DNA of 63,895 nt, filler included, from Stramenopiles sp. TOSAG23-2 (Eukaryota), in assembly GCA_900128395.1 (NCBI GenBank). It is 23 parts of 23 records of this genome, joined end to end, with 100 filler letters (N's around TTAATTAATTAA, not from the genome) between each part and the next. Parts side by side here need not be neighbours in the genome. Positions count along the whole stretch, not along the records: positions 61,233 to 63,895 come from LT651597.1; 22 more parts are not named here. One strand, written 5' to 3'. The notes below the pieces were generated by a model. The model saw nothing but the letters and a program-made list of their open reading frames with translations, searched no databases and was not told the DNA's origin. The position numbers and the translations under genes are program-made. Shown here piece by piece: positions 61,307 through 63,895 of this stretch; position 1 is the first letter of the stretch; each line of letters begins with the position of its first letter.

Positions 61307-63557
61307 TTATACCGGAGAAACAAACATTTGCAGCCATGCCATTTCACCATGATGTCCATATGTACTATTAGCATATTTTATTGCATGTAATATTTTATTG
61401 CTTACGATTGGTGGGGGTAACAATCCATCCTCCTTATTACCAAATATACATGGTGGTATGGCTATATAACCTTCCTCATCAAATTTCTTTTCAAGGATAC
61501 CATTTGAATGCCCCCCATAAATCGGTTTCTCTCTGCATATCAATGCACCAGTTACATTATCGAATAAATCCACTTGTAAACATGTTGGTGCATGACAATG
61601 AAAATGCCCGGAGACCAAAGCAATATCTTGTCCATTCATTTGAGGAACATTGAAACTACCTTGAATTTTCTGTATACATTTGTCCGTTGGTGTACCTTTT
61701 GCACATTGTGGAACATCATATTCCACTGGACTGGCAATACCCCAGGTAGTCCTGAGAATAGGCTTATGGTATGAAGCATTGTATTCTTGTACATGAAATC
61801 GAAATTTTAAATGGTACTTCAATGGCTGATCTTGCCATGGAATTTCTTGATCGTGGTCTAGTAAAGACCATAAATGATGACAGGCGGTTTGGCCGCCTGC
61901 ATACGTTCGTAAATCACATGTTGGATTTTTCTCCTTTAATAAATCTGATGCTGGTTCTGGTTTGCATACATTGATAAATCCAACTGATTGATTTTCATAC
62001 TTTAAAAAACCTTTGGCATCCCCGAATGGGATCTCTTTTGCACCGCATATACATGCACTCTTTCCATTTGCCGGATATAATTGCAGCGTAGACGTAGTTT
62101 TTGATTTATGATATGAAAACGTCGGTTGTGAACCAATAGCATTAATAAAAGGTATTTTCAATGTATCAATATCAAATGTATAATGATCATTTGTGATACC
62201 TTTCATTGGTCGAGTCAAGACAACTGTTCGTATCTTTGTTTTTTGGTCAACATCATTTGATACAAGTTTAATCATAGGTTTAATGATTGTTCCAGGATTA
62301 TGATTACCTAATTTATGTTCTGTAATTTTACCAGTATTTCCATCAATAGAAATTGTATATGGAGTATCTGCCATTGAAGTTGCGTTAAATCCAACGCCGT
62401 ACCAAACATCACTAGGTCCAACCAATGTAAGTTCTACTTGGTTTTTCATATGATCTACCTTTGCAGATATTTCAACAAGTGATTTTACATTACCATAAGT
62501 TTGGGTAACATTATTGCCTACTTTGCAGCCGCCATTATTATTATTATGCACGTTTTTTCCATGGTATGTATTAAATGTTGCAGTTGCACTATTTTTCTCG
62601 AGTGACAATGTACATCCAAATGGTGATGTTTGCGAATTTACAGTTTTTTTTTGCACATTAGTACATCCAACTGGTATAATTTTTTCAGCAGCAGCAAAAC
62701 ATTCACTAAATGAAGAAATTTCTACGTTGCATTGATTAGATATGGACAATGTATATTCAGCATTTGTAACAACTTTTTGTATTCTTGTGGTCACTGGACA
62801 TTCCAATAAACCAGAATAAATAGCATCTTGACCACTTGTAGGTCGGATCTGTTTTATTCATTTTGTCTCGATTCCACGTATCAATTTGCATTGGTGTGAT
62901 GTAAATGCTTTGTGGTGATTGAATTAATTGTGCATATCCTGGCGAATATCCATGAAACGATTTCCTATATTCACCACCATTTCCAGCACCAAATGCTTGA
63001 TGACTTGGTATGTCGTCGTTATTATTATTATTATCGTCTGTTATTTCATACAAAACATTTGGATCTGGTCTTCCATGACCCATAGAATTATAACGTGGAT
63101 CACTTGGATTTATTTTAATCTCTTTGACAACAGCACCTTTACCTAACATTTCGCTTTCAAAATGATGGTTATACGCGACATTAATAGGTACTGAAGTATC
63201 TGCAGCTCCATTTTCACCTTTAAATACTTGATCGATTTCAAAACCAACAACTGCCATTGTTTTCTCGTCAAATTTTTTTACTATATTTGCAGGTAAATCA
63301 ACTTTATTCATGCGTGTCCAGTATACTTGACTATATAACGTTGATATTTCTGGTGAATAAACATCAAAATATTCTGTCGGACGTGGATATGAATTAAATT
63401 CAGTAAATGCTTTCTCAATATATTTACCAGTCATAGGATCTGATAATACATATTTTCCGTTCATATTCGTGGAGGGTGGTGCATTGACCGCTGCACTAAT
63501 ATGCAGAGCCACCATTATTACACCTAATAATATTAATAATACATTATAATATGTCAT
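61307..63557 (-). CDS. Secreted SURNod19-like / copper-monooxygenase-like protein with a DOMON-like domain; frameshift near 62840
   Basis: Signal peptide, EYFDVYSP, AYNHH, PMQIDTWNR, YSGLLECP, LVGPSDVWYGVGF (DOMON-like), HFHCH and HHGEMA. Confidence 0.65.
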
Positions 63558-63895
63558 TATATTATTACTATTATATATATATACAATATATATATATAAA
63601 ATAAATATAAATTGGTATATATGTATATATCACTATGAATTGATTATATTATATCAACGTATATGTCCAATATGTAAATGAAAGACGACAGACAGATTGG
63701 TTTGTAAAATATGTTATATATACGCCAGTCAGTGTAATGTTCATCTTCTTTCTATTTTTAATTTTTGATTTTTATTGATGCACTGATGCGAGCTGAAATG
63801 AAATTCATCAAATTGATTTCATGCCCAAAATGCCATGATTTTATCACTTTAAAATTATTATAATAAATATCCGATATATAATTTGATACAAATAA

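Noticed and set aside
4530-62840. Frameshifts near 4535, 8230, 14695 and 62840 as programmed ribosomal frameshifting
   Set aside because: I saw no shared slippery heptamer or downstream structure, and the assembly has many other local errors.

Overview
This window is not one locus. It is 23 unlinked contigs of about 2.66-2.70 kb, sorted by decreasing length and joined by 100-nt spacers (N44-TTAATTAATTAA-N44), so gene neighbourhood means something only within a contig. Most contigs come from a very AT-rich microbial eukaryote, shown by short GT-AG introns with CTAAC branch points, poly-Asn tracts and TA microsatellites. A stramenopile-like protist SAG/MAG is my inference only. Recognisable genes include PP1 inhibitor-2, a pepsin-family protease, MTHFS, Rab32/38, PP2C, myotubularin, ERG8-type phosphomevalonate kinase, a PhyH dioxygenase, an OTU deubiquitinase, a DUF3089 hydrolase, MOCS3/UBA4, a GNL1/LSG1 GTPase, a GH47 mannosidase and ankyrin proteins. 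The outlier is contig 39066-41745, a compact morphogenesis module of a Polinton/Maverick-type virus. It encodes a double jelly-roll major capsid protein, three small basic core-like proteins with GG/GxG motifs (one resembling adenovirus pX/mu) and an adenain-like cysteine protease. The protease's family-typical N-terminus has no ATG and lies in frame behind a single TGA of the pX-like gene, suggesting a stop-readthrough core-protease fusion or a recent nonsense mutation. Contig 27933-30616 closes on itself (55-nt terminal overlap) into a stop-free 824-codon Sfi1-like unit. Dispersed repeats and several assembly-type tandem duplications are also visible.
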